From Spizellomyces punctatus DAOM BR117 (taxonomy: Eukaryota), in NCBI GenBank assembly GCA_000182565.2, contig KQ257451.1: DNA of 64,000 bases. One strand, 5' to 3'. Below, piece after piece: positions 53,152 through 64,000 of the stretch. How positions within the stretch are numbered: position 1 is the stretch's first letter; each line of letters opens with the position of its first letter. The notes under the pieces were generated by a model. That model saw only the letters and a list, made by a program, of their open reading frames with translations. It did not search any database and was not told the DNA's origin. The position numbers and the translations under genes were made by a program.

Positions 53152-53794
53152 TCAGTTTTCTGCTGACCCACTATCTATTGACCGGCAAAAAACATGATAA
53201 TGATGAATCTCGGGGATAGTTTTGCGATGTGGTGGGTTCACAAAATGAATGAATTCGTGACCGGGCATGCGCTCCTTCAACAAGGCTTCCGTTTGATCTT
53301 CAGTGAGTTCCTCCAAGGACCACAGTACATAATGTTGGATTTGTCCATGGGGTTTTGTTGCGTATGGGAAGGAGTTTAATCTGAGCACTTTGTCGCGCAG
53401 ATGTGATGGATCTGATGGGCGTACAGCACAGAGCTTTCCGGTGTTAGCATCAACCTGGGAAATGTAGCCAAGGACTTCAATCTTGAGTTCATCTGTGCGC
53501 ACTGCGTGTAAGTCACCAAAGACAGGAAGTCGATTGACGAAAGACGATTAAAGACTATACTTCGTACCAGCAACCGTTACAAAAGATTTCAAGGCGGCTT
53601 CTCTCCATTTAAAGTATTCGTCAAGCACCTCGGCTGTGCGCGAAAACATTTGCCATTGTCCACTGTCTACCGCAATTCTAATCTAACTATGTCGGTGAAT
53701 GAGAAGTGGGCCAGTCCGTGGTGCCAGTCCACATAGTGCATACCTCATCCCAAGTCAGTGGTTCTCTTTCAGGAGAGAAAGTAAAGTCCGACAT
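53152..53794 (-). CDS. DUF3605 / GIG1-like (N-acetylglucosamine-induced protein family)
   Basis: LTWDE|IR, LNSFPYA..IQHYVLWS, FVNPPHRKTIPEIHHYHVF. Confidence 0.8.
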
Positions 53795-55038
53795 GCTGAT
53801 TGCTTTTGCTTCCAACTGGCAATCCAATGGGACACGGTCGACGCTCTGAGACAACAGACAAGCGCCTGATTGCGTAATCCGCTGGATCTAATCGTCTTGT
53901 GTTGAGGACAGATCTAGCCAGCAATAGGTGGTCTGTGACTGAAGGAACAGTGCTATCCCATACGATCGATTGATGAACAAAAGATCGGTTGCAGCATATG
54001 CTAGATTGGACACCGTGAGTTTGGCTTTTTACTGAATAAGTTCAGAATGTGTGCGATATGTTCCTCTTAGTTGATCCTGCTAGGGTGCACAAGCAATCTG
54101 GCATTTTCAGCCTAGTTGATAGTGTAGAGGTGATAAGTCGGGAATAGTAAGAAACAGTCTTACTACCTTCGCCTTCCGCTCCATCTTTGGTCTTAATCAT
54201 GGGTTTGTTCAGGCTACGAGAGATGGACCTGACTTTACGACATTGCCTGTCACATCCCTGTGAAATCTCAACATGCTGCACGGCCCAATCCGTGTATGAA
54301 AATCATATAGTGAAGACAGAGAATGTCCAGCTTCCATCCAGCAATGGGGGACAAACCATTTCCGGCACCAACCGAAACTCAAGTAAGCGTTCCTACGGAC
54401 ACAAGTGGTACGCTTGGTACAGAAAATGCAAAATACCATTCACCGCCTCAACAATTCTCCGCGGTACCAGTAGGCATCACAATCACAAATGTGATGGAAA
54501 GGTTGATAATGACGTTCCCGAACGTTCGCTAATTCGCACACATGGTGTTAAAGTCTTTGGACTGGACTGTTTCCTGCAGTCTCAACTTGTGACCAAGCCT
54601 ATGAGAACCACCAGCAACAGGCTAGCCAAAGCAACTCACTAATCTCCTTTCAGAAATGGGGATACCGAGTCGTAGAACCACTGCATTATCCAAGTTTTAA
54701 AGGACCATTCAATTCCGAATGGAGCATCGTTAAATGCTCTTCAATAGTCACTTTTAAATGGATGCCACACCAAGTTTCAGACGGCGCGTCAAAAAACTTG
54801 AACAAAAACTTTTGAGGTGCGGCGTGGCGGTGCCCGAAAGCTAATGGGGAATCATCGACTTGAGCTCTAGAAGCAGGATCGGAAGGGGCAGGAATCAACG
54901 AACTGATACCCTACAAGCAAACCCCACCAAAAGCGCCTTAGTACCTCAAAGTTGTATTTGAGCATTTGTGTAGCTTGAAACGGCAGACGAACACTCGCAG
55001 CGTGCAGAGGACTCACAAGACTTGAACGAACCCCGGCG

Positions 55039-55710
55039 ATGGGTCTCTTCAGTCATACAAATCATGCGTCACCACCTTCACAACCGGACGGCAGTCTCTC
55101 CCTCCCTTCACCCCTCCCCCCTCCAGCTTCCCTCTACGCCGCCCCGCCCATTCCTGCCGATAGTACTGTAGACACAACCGACCCTCTTGCGATAGCCATA
55201 TACTACCACGAAGCAAACGTCCTCGAGGTGGCGACATACTATTTCTCCATCGCAGCAGCAAGAGGGCATCCTGTGGGTTTGTTCATGTACGCAATGTCCA
55301 TGAGACATGGATGGGGCTGTCAAAAGAATGAGCAGGAGGCTGTGAGATTACTTCAAAAGGCCGCGGAGACTGCTGTCATGGATCTCAACATGGGCTTAGG
55401 ATCGTCCATGAAAGGAACTTTAAAAAAGATTGCGACGACCGAGTTGACTTTAGCCATCTATGAGCTTGCCATGAGCTTCAAGCAAGGATGGGGTGTACAA
55501 AAATCCAAAACTACAGCAACATATTACATGACGATTGCCGCGCAGTTGGGGGATGTGGATGCCCAGCAAGAATTGGGGGAATGCTACTTGAGAGGGGAGG
55601 GAGTCAAACGAGATAAGAAAATGGCAGCAAAGTGGTTTAGGGAGGCGGAAAAGCAAGGTGCACACATGGTATCCATGCAGTGGATATGGAAGCCAAAGTA
55701 CGATCCATAA
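55039..55710 (+). CDS. SEL1-repeat protein (Dsf2/Nif1-like), single exon
   Basis: AIYYHE, YAMSMRHGWGC, LAIYELAMSFKQGWGV, GDVDAQQELGECYLRGEGVKRDKKMAAKWFR, WIWKPKY. Confidence 0.85.
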   Translation: MGLFSHTNHASPPSQPDGSLSLPSPLPPPASLYAAPPIPADSTVDTTDPLAIAIYYHEANVLEVATYYFSIAAARGHPVGLFMYAMSMRHGWGCQKNEQEAVRLLQKAAETAVMDLNMGLGSSMKGTLKKIATTELTLAIYELAMSFKQGWGVQKSKTTATYYMTIAAQLGDVDAQQELGECYLRGEGVKRDKKMAAKWFREAEKQGAHMVSMQWIWKPKYDP

Positions 55711-55840
55711 CAGTATCTCTGAAGCTGCTTATATTATCTATTCTTTCTGTAAATTGTTACTCTGTATACAATATAAATGTCTGTTCTGATTCGTCACTAT
55801 CAATGTTTTTCAAAATGCGGATTGTCTGTCCCAGATCCCT

Positions 55841-56887
55841 CTAGCACAACTCTTCTGGACTATGTGTCGTGCGCATAACCATTTCTGCCACAGAGTCTTC
55901 ACTCCTGTTTTCTTGTCTCCTCCCTTTTGCATCCTTTACTCCACGGAGCCCAAAATACCTCTTCCATCGTGCACCTTCCCTCTCGCTTTCTTGATCCCCA
56001 CTAAATTCCGCGACATGGAAATCAATCAGCCGCAACACAATGACTAACAGCCCTGTGCAAACAGCTAGAGGTATGGGACCCCAGAACCAAGCAAGGAGTG
56101 GAAAAGAAACATAATAGCACCGCATTCCAACAGTGTAGTAGAAGCACCCTCGATTGAGGATTGCTGCCACATGCGTGGGATTGCTGCGGAGGTAGTTGTA
56201 CGTTTCGAGTGTCATATCCTCTTCTTTTTCTTTCTTGGCAATGTTTGCTGGCTCTAGGAATGTTGAGAGCTCGTCAGGCGTTATATTGACTGACATTGTA
56301 GAAATAGAGTGAGTTGAAAAACAATAGCTATCCCGTCCGGCAAGAAAGCATGCACATACCGTTGCAAACAAGTGCAGCATGATTGAAGAATCTTACACTC
56401 TGCATAAAGCAGAAGAAGGCCAACATCATCGCCGCCAAGACCGCCGCAAACCTGTATCCAAACCAGCTGTCAAGGACAAAGCCGAGCGTATATGATACGG
56501 GTGATGCAAGCGTCGTCGGCGTCCAGTTCACCGCGAGAGAACCAAGGAGAGCCATACTAGTCGTTATGATAAGAACGGCCGTTGTTGCAAGAAACGAAGA
56601 CGCCATAACCCAATTTCGAAGACTCTGTACTATAAACCAGAACCATCACTTCATATTATGTGATGCTCGTTAAGGTAATTCACCTTGAAAAACAACGTAC
56701 CAGCCAAAATCTCGTTCTTGCGGTACATAATAGCAGCGACCCACACTCTCCTCGCCGAACTTGTTAGCCCGTACACTGTTCGACCGGGAGTTCTTTTGAC
56801 GCACCGGACAAGGTATACATGATAGAGAGTGAGCACAGCGGCAGAGGGAAGGAGGGACGCCAGGTTGGCAACTGCATCAGAGACCAT
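55841..56887 (-). CDS. DUF599-family membrane protein, 3 exons
   Basis: YHVYL..TVYGL...ILAVQSLRNWVMASSFLATT, FMQSVRFFNH, LNRG..YYTVGMRCYYVSFPLLAWFWGP. Confidence 0.88.
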
Positions 56888-57643
56888 CGTTGTGCTTTGT
56901 AAGAAAGGCCAACGTCCTGCGTTAAAGAAAACTACAAGAAGCCCTGACGCAAAGTTGGCCTTGAAGCGCAAAACGCTGCGCAGAAAGCTGCGAGGAACGC
57001 GCTTACGTATATAACCCCACAAATATTTGCCTAATTGAGAATTACCCCACAACTTGTATTAAAATCTGTGGCACAGCCATGTACTGAAAATGGGTCATTT
57101 CCTACTGGAAGCACCCAGCAGCTGCACTCTCAAACACTTCTTTTACTGCAGGGGGGACCAACATCCCACCCTTGTCGCCAGCATAGAGAACTTGGTGGAT
57201 CATGTTGGTGGTCATATCGTAAAGCCTACGGATGGAGTAAACCTGGCGTCAAGACGGCGGACACGAATGGAAGAGAGGATGAGACTGACCATGTCTTTTG
57301 TTCCTCGTTTAATGAGCCTCCAGCACTTGTCACAGACTTGACGGATTCAAAATGCTTTTGAATGTGAGGTTGAAACGCGTGTAAGGCGGGCAATGGAGTG
57401 GTTGCTTGCTATAAACAAAGAATGCACAATAAGCAGCGATGAGATGGATGAGAGCTGATGGATCAATGCGTCATAATCACTTGCGTACATATAGCAGCGC
57501 CAATTGGTGTGCGGTGTATTTATGGGCTTGTAGATTAACGTCTGCACGGAGTTGTAGAGCTGTTGTGAGCAATTGAGATAGGGTAGCGAGTGTCTTGAGG
57601 TGTGCTGCACGAATATTCAAAGTCAGTATTTGCCTTTACACAG

Positions 57644-57930
57644 CTATAGTGATTCGACATCTTCTCCATTACCTTGATACCCTGCTCCAAAGAATCCTAT
57701 TCTGACATCTTCAACGACTTTCTTGGCATTGTCGATCTGGCGTTGCACTTGGGTATTTGGGCGCGGGTGGGTTAGAAGAGTCTCAAGGGTGCTAAAGTGA
57801 GTGAGGAGGCGGATGGGCACCGAGTCATGCGAAAGTAGGGGAGAATGAAGCTGCAGCGGGACTTGGTTTTTTTCAGATGATTACTCGCGTCATAGCGACG
57901 GATGTTGACTACCTTGGAATGAAGGGTCAT
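57644..57930 (-). CDS. Possible small 2-exon hypothetical protein (about 75 aa)
   Basis: MTLHSK|LHSPLL...NTQVQRQIDNAKKVVEDVRIGFFGAGYQGNGEDVESL* via a phase-0 GT-AG intron; no recognised homology. Confidence 0.25.
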
Positions 57931-58141
57931 AAGGGTGAGGAGTCACTAAAGGTGAGCTTTTGTGGAGCATTCCTGCGTGTTTCTGCACTTCAGAGGATTG
58001 AGCGATATTGTTGCAAGTAGGTAGAGAACTTCTGCACGAGAGCTGCAATGGGGCTTACGTAGCGCGCTACGAATCGAATCACGAGATCAAGCGGTGCCAG
58101 TGACAGAATCCTTTGACGCAGAACAGAAATCTGCCAGCATC

Positions 58142-59226
58142 ATGAATCCAGCTCACATACAGGCCCACATTCGAGCTCTTTTTCAAGGGATTCTGAACAA
58201 AGATACAGTCATTCAACGGCAAACCATTGAGCGGGCGTATTTCCCTGATGCAACCTTACAGAACCCTTATTTGGTGGGTATAGGGTAGGTTTTTTAATGG
58301 AGATCGACGTATTGTACTGCTTCATGAGGTTGGCAGAGAGACCTCCTTCTAACCGGATGCTGATTTCCAGGTGCTCAGTAATCGAGACCAGATTATTCGA
58401 AGTTATGCAGGACTGTCCAACTCTTGCACGGAGTTATTGGGAATAGTAAAAGATATCGGTACGTTATTGTTGCTTTTCATGTTCTTCGCGTTATCTTTCG
58501 CCGCAGATCAGCTAATTATACCCGACAGAGTACAATCCTGACACTCAAATTGTTCGTCTTACCGTGCTCCAAACTATAAAACCGAAAGCACTCGGAGGGG
58601 TACTGGCCATAACAACAACCCAAGTTCTTTCCCTCCAGCTCGAATTTTCTGGCGAAAACTCTCTCCAAATTGTTTCACATGATGAACATCATCTTGCGCA
58701 AGACATCATCAAGCAAATGCCGCTAATTGGAAAATATTATGAAACGTCTATCCGCACGGCTCTGGGACATCTAACACTCGCCGGAACAAGTGTATTGAAT
58801 GCCACCGGGATTTTGGATCTATTCCCTGCTGCTGTGCGAGTATCGAGCGATACTGCTAGTGCCATGCGAAAAAAGGCATCAAGAATCACGAATGATATTG
58901 CGCTACCGGCGCTGGAAGCCACCGGCGTCACACCATTAGTAAGAGACGCCTTCCAGCTCACTCAGAACGCCATGGGATGGGCTACAGAAAATGCCAGAGG
59001 CGCTGCATCGCTGACCAGGTCAACTGCGGTAAAACTGATTGAAGAAGGGAGAGGGGGAGTCGATTGTTATTCCCCGACATGTAAACCTGGGCAAATCTGT
59101 TATTCATCAACATGCCCTCGAGGCAAGACGTACCAGATGTTGTCAGTAGATGCGGTGGCGGATATTGTTAAGGGTGTTTACCAGGGTGTGCAGAAGTCAA
59201 CGACGGGCCTGCTAAAAACCAACTGA
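58142..59226 (+). CDS. Hypothetical protein with NTF2/SnoaL-like N-terminal domain and C-terminal Cys motif, 3 exons
   Basis: QRQTIERAYFPDATLQNPYL|VLSNRDQIIRSY..IVSHDEH resembles NTF2-like folds; CYSPTCKPGQICYSSTCP near the C-terminus. Confidence 0.65.
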
Positions 59227-59694
59227 ATTGAGCAGCATCAAATTTATATCGTATTGGTAGACGTCCGACTTGAATGTGGCATTCTCAATGATTTATTTAT
59301 ATACTCCTTTAATTCAGTTTCCTGATTAAATTGCGAATACATGACATAGAAAAATACGGTACCCTCCTCGACTGATATTCTGCAGCAGCAGAGCCGATCA
59401 ATCGACGCAAAATATTGGTATTGCGAGGCTATCCTTCCCCAGGACTCGTCACTCCTGACATATATCAAGGACACTTCGACTCAAGCGGTAGAAGTCTCAG
59501 ACACTGAAAAACAGGCTGACATATATGTAGTATCGTAGCAACATGATATTTAACGTTTGCAGCGGACATCGGTCGTGGTTTGATGGCCTCCCCTTGCCCT
59601 ACCAAGGAACAAGCCCGAAAGGGGCTGTCCATCCCTTCCAATAATGCTCACTTTGGCGAGTAATTAGAAGATCGCGGGAGGCTTCCCCAATCGC

Positions 59695-60297
59695 TCATTG
59701 AGATGTTAATGTGGCGGTTGTGCACAACATCACTCCGAGGAAAACAAGTGCAATGCCCATCATTGTTGCTGGCAAGGGGTGAAGTTATGTACCCGCAGAG
59801 TTCCCGAAACACAGAGACCTCATACCTTTAGACCCAAGCTCTTCCCCAAGAAAGACACCCGCCAGTATGGTAAGCGCTAATGTTAGTGAGTTGGCAATTG
59901 GAACAGCGATGGAAAGATCTGTTTTCCAGAAGAAGGGTAGAACATTTTCCGAAATTTCAGAAGCGAAGTACTGTTTGAGACTAACCACTTTCGCCCAAAG
60001 TTTTATAATACACAGCCGATCCACTCAGGTTGATAACTAGCGGAATGATATACTTTATGTTGGAGATGTAGTGGTAGTCATTGGACCAGGCCATGGTGAA
60101 CAACAATGAGGCTGCAAGGATATTACCTGCCATCTTGTTAGCAAATAATAAAGCTCAGCCGTTTGCCGCTTCCACCAAGGGGACTGCTTGTATTGCCGTG
60201 TCACATCTTCCAAGCCTTTGCTGCCACGCTTGATAAAAGGATTCGTGAATCCCCAGCAAAGCGCAACGGCAATAAGCCCTAGAATGTTCGCTAACAT
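59695..60297 (-). CDS. TMEM234: TMEM234 homolog (small DMT-like membrane protein), 4 exons
   Basis: VALCWGFTNPFIKRGS, YIIPLVINLSGSAVY, DLSIAVPIANSLT..LGEE, GIALVFLGVMLC. Confidence 0.9.
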
Positions 60298-60624
60298 GAC
60301 AGAATGTGTGAATACTGCCGCCAGGGGAACATCTGGGTTGCAACAACGGCGGCTTCATACCCAAGTTCATTCCTTGTGGGGATTGGCGAAACGCGGAATG
60401 TCGACGACGACGACACCGATCATCCTTGCACACGTGTCTGCTTACATACCCCCCGATCGTGTGGGGGAAGTGTCAGGCAGGAATTTTCCCACGCAACTGC
60501 TCGCCATCGTCCAGGCGAGGCTAACAGTCAACTGCAAGCAGGCTTGTCATTTATCTTTTATTCACTTCTTCAGCCGAGTATACTCGCGACTGATCTCGCA
60601 TCATCTACAGAGCTGTCAAAATAG

Positions 60625-61334
60625 ATGCCCAAGATGTCAAAACAGCGCTCTCGAAATCTCTTTACTAAAGCTATCGCCGCTGCGACCAGTCAAATACCCA
60701 ACGAGCAGCAACGAAATAGTCATAGGCACAATAACTTTACTTTGGAAAAAAATACATTTCGCTATGACTTGTCGTTGGATCTGGACAACAAAAATGATGG
60801 CGCGAAGAGCATGAGTGTAAAAAGCGAGGTGGCCCCTTCTGCAGAGGAAAGGAATGAAGCCGATGAGAACCCTGACAAGGGCTTCGAGGATTCCATCTTT
60901 CTTCCATTCGATTTTGACGTCAACAAATGCTACCATAAGTTGGTGTAGGTGTTTGTCTTTATTTGCTTCATATATGTCTTTTTGGTCGCAAACCAGTCTT
61001 CCTTCCCAGGCAGATTGCCACTGAAGTTGGAATTATGGTTTCGCACGATTTTGATAGTAACACTTTACGACTTTGCGCAGACGACGTAGAATCGCTCTCT
61101 CATGGGTGATGTCAGATATCACATTTCATGGAAACGTAGCATATCTTAACCTGGCTGCTCTTTTATAGTCGCGGACTCATCAACAGCCTTGTTTACAATC
61201 CTGAGCGGCCGATCAAAAGCAAAACTGTTCGCAAGTTTGCGAAGGCTGAACGTCCCGGAGAGTGGGGTGAACCAAGGGAGAATAGTGCTCGTCCAGGTTC
61301 ATACAAAATGCTTGGTAAATATGGCGAGTATTAG
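60625..61334 (+). CDS. Hypothetical protein, 3 exons
   Basis: MPKMSKQRSRN...CYHK|QIATEVGIMVSHDFDSNTLRLCADD..SHG|RGLINSL...FAKAERPGEWGEPRE..GEY*; both introns keep frame. Confidence 0.6.
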
Positions 61335-61890
61335 ACGGCGTTTACAGGGCATCAATTGAAAAAGATACGCACGTAGTCGCAAGGTTTTTGGGAAGGATAA
61401 AGGGTTTAAAAGATGTACTGAAAGTACTGCTAGTTTTTAGTTGTTCGCAACACCCTCCAGGCTGCACTAGTACCTTTCATCAAAGAGAGGTCTGTTTATG
61501 TCATCACTTTTAGTTCACGTGCTTCTTGATCACGTGCTGCATTCTTTGGAGATTTTGCTGAACTTGAAATCCTCTCCATGTTGCGTACGTTAAACATTGA
61601 ACAACAAACGTTGGTTTTTCGGCACGCATAACCAGGTGTGTATAGTAACGTGCGCGGGTTGCAGATGCAACGGCATCGGTATAAAGAGCCTTGCACGATG
61701 TCTAATGTCAAATGCTGAAACGTTTTCTACTGTTGCGTTTTGTCTGGTCAGTGTCCTCTATCTATCTTTGCTGGCTCTGAGTAGCAGTTGTCCACTATTG
61801 TAGCATAGCGTATGTGTAATATTCTCTGTGGTTGAAACCTTGCACAACTCTCACGCCCGTTTCGCCTTAGATCACGCCGTGCCGCCGAGC

Positions 61891-62427
61891 ATGACTGTTC
61901 CAAATGACACCTCACTAAGCGGGTTCGATATTGACGAGTTCGTCACTTGTGCCCGCTATGGCGAACTAGATGACCTTAAGGCACTCATTTCATCATACCT
62001 TACATCCCAAGGACAAGATCAATCGTCTACAAACCCTGCAACACTCCGCGCCTTATACACATCCGCCCTTCCAAACGGAAACACTGCGTTGCATATGGCT
62101 GCCGCTAACGGTGAAATAGAGGTTCTTCAGTACCTGTTGCCGCAGCTGACTGTTGGAGATGTGAACATAGGGAACAGCGATGGGTCAACTGCACTACATT
62201 GGGCCGCGTTGAATGGGAAATTGGACTGCGTGGAACTGTTGTTGTCGTGCGGGGCGGATGCAACGATTAAAAACGAACAGGGACGAAGTCCTGTGACTGT
62301 GGCGGAGCAACAGGGACATTTGGAGGTCGTTAATGCATTGCTTAAATCGTATGAACCGGATGAAGAGGAGGCCGACGAAAGTACACCACAGGAGGGCAGT
62401 GCATCTACAGAACCCGTAGATAGTTAA
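61891..62427 (+). CDS. YAR1: Ankyrin-repeat protein Yar1-like (Rps3 chaperone), single exon
   Basis: DEFVTCARYGELDDL, GNTALHMAAANG, GSTALHWAALNG, acidic tail. Confidence 0.82.
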   Translation: MTVPNDTSLSGFDIDEFVTCARYGELDDLKALISSYLTSQGQDQSSTNPATLRALYTSALPNGNTALHMAAANGEIEVLQYLLPQLTVGDVNIGNSDGSTALHWAALNGKLDCVELLLSCGADATIKNEQGRSPVTVAEQQGHLEVVNALLKSYEPDEEEADESTPQEGSASTEPVDS

Positions 62428-63604
62428 ACTAGGTTCTCATACGCTCAACTTGGTGACACATTGTAAATAGAACATAGCACGAGCGCAATAGGGAATGTAG
62501 AAGCACAGCGTGACCGTAAGCCTAGTCTGCTAGGGTCAAGGGTTATATAGAGATCTTAATCAATGATTGCGTTTTATCTTTACTGTGAAAACGTGAAGCA
62601 CAATGTGCATATATCCTTTGCGTGGGGATCCATCATGCTACGGGCTTAATCCATCATCTATCGCACATAAAGAAGGACCGAAAATACCCATAACATTCTC
62701 TATGAGCATCATCCGAAACTTTTGAACCACGAGTCCCAAGGCAATTCGGAAATCGACATTGAACATGATCCGGTGCAAGAGCTCTCTGAACTACCTAAAG
62801 TCGCCCGCCCATCAGTTGAGTCGGACTTGATTGCCACGGTATGCGCCAAGTAGCTAATAATCACAGGCTGCGTTAATGTTCAGGCTGAACGCGCATGTGG
62901 CAAAGATACCCGCTAAATTTGTAAGTTACCCTTCAAGGTTGTTATCCCAGTACATGTAAGCAGATATCTCGGTGGTTACTTTAGCCTCCCGTATATTATT
63001 TGAGCAATGTGATAATATAGATACAAAGGAGGAGTCTGATGTGAATCATGGGCATATGCTACTTCCATTTTGGCTGTCGTCAAAACGATCATCAGGAAGC
63101 TAGCCATAATGCGGAGAGACAATCGGTAGGACTTACCATACATCGTGGAGTGTGAAAACCGGCTGCCACTAGAGGTTGACGGCGCTGACGTGAATCATAT
63201 AATCCACTTCACACGAGCTGGAGATAATAAGACAGTAGGGTCCAGCTCTTCAGCCTCACTCAGGATCTATGTCAAAGGAATCACCACAAGGATCTTTGCA
63301 CATCCGGTGGATACTGAAACGGCCACGCAATAGTGACAGAAAATCATCAGTACGAAAGTTGGGTCAATGCCAATGACATAAAGGAAACAATTCATTCACG
63401 TGGTTTAATGCCTACTTGGGGACGACTACGAATACGAATGCCAAAAACAGGCACGTAAAGAAACGATATATGGATAATACACTCGCACTTCCTGATTCCT
63501 CTTTATACACAAAACGCCCCCCATCTTACATTCTCTATGAACAAATAACTACAATGATGACATCTGGATACAGTAATCAGCCCCCAACGCATTTGCTGCT
63601 GATT

Positions 63605-63926
63605 CTACATGCGTTTCTTGTCTGAGAAGGCGGCGATGTTGTCATCTCCCCCTGTCTGCGCTGCGGACAGCATTGGGCCGGAGGGAGGGGCACTGATGTT
63701 AGCGGGGTCAATTCCCTCTGGAGCTTCATCTGCAACGTTTTCTCCGGAACTCGTCGCTACAAACCAGAAAAACAAGATGAGAGACCAATCGACCACCCTG
63801 TAAAGTAGTGCCTTGCTTACCAATATCCTCATTGCCGCCATTTGCCTTGGGGAGATCAGGGACGGGAGCGGCCGACGCAAAGGTGGCAAGAAGGAGCGCA
63901 ACGAGAGCGATGAATTTGATTTGCAT
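63605..63926 (-). CDS. Small secreted acidic protein, 2 exons
   Basis: Signal peptide MQIKFIALVALLLATFASA-APV; intron GTAAGC..TTTGTAG joins to ATSSGENVADEAPEG...FSDKKRM* in phase. Confidence 0.7.
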
Positions 63927-64000
63927 GCTTGAGAAACTTTGGAAATCTGAGCTCTGGAGAGTTTAGAATGGAGCAAACAGATGGAGGGGAAAAGCCGACA

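Noticed and set aside
53900-54900. Splice-like signals and 69-151 aa ORFs upstream of the SEL1 gene
   Set aside because: No phase-consistent model and no motifs.

Overview
Gene-dense, intron-rich eukaryotic DNA from a zoosporic (flagellated) fungus. The fungal genes (PMT1, KRE2-family GT15, Ste20, Yar1) occur together with the ciliary gene IFT70/TTC30, so a chytrid is most likely (Spizellomycetales-like is my inference). I reconstructed about 31 spliced protein-coding genes by eye: importin alpha, PMT1, DMAC1-like, ClC, Ste20/PAK, a Rho GTPase, NOSIP, IFT70, RPAP1/Rba50, KRE2-like, 4E-T-like, an ANK-DysF-MIT-FYVE-RING ligase, NUS1, HAUS7-like, ARMT1, DUF1206, a reeler GPI protein, GID8-like, a COG1926-type PRTase, MBF1, BCP1, GIG1-like, a SEL1-repeat protein, DUF599, TMEM234, YAR1, and several secreted or unknown proteins. 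I recognised no tRNA, rRNA, transposon or CRISPR element. The most notable items are: (i) a Pib1-type E3 ligase extended with ankyrin, DysF and MIT-like domains, a candidate membrane-damage/ESCRT-linked ligase; (ii) two intron-containing genes from mainly prokaryotic families (COG1926 PRTase, DUF1206); (iii) augmin HAUS7-like and 4E-T-like genes that the ORF track fragments; (iv) unusual splicing features (a GC-AG intron, microexons, many AAG acceptors) and strongly alternating gene orientation. CDS coordinates span start to stop including introns. Family assignments come from recalled motifs, not database searches.
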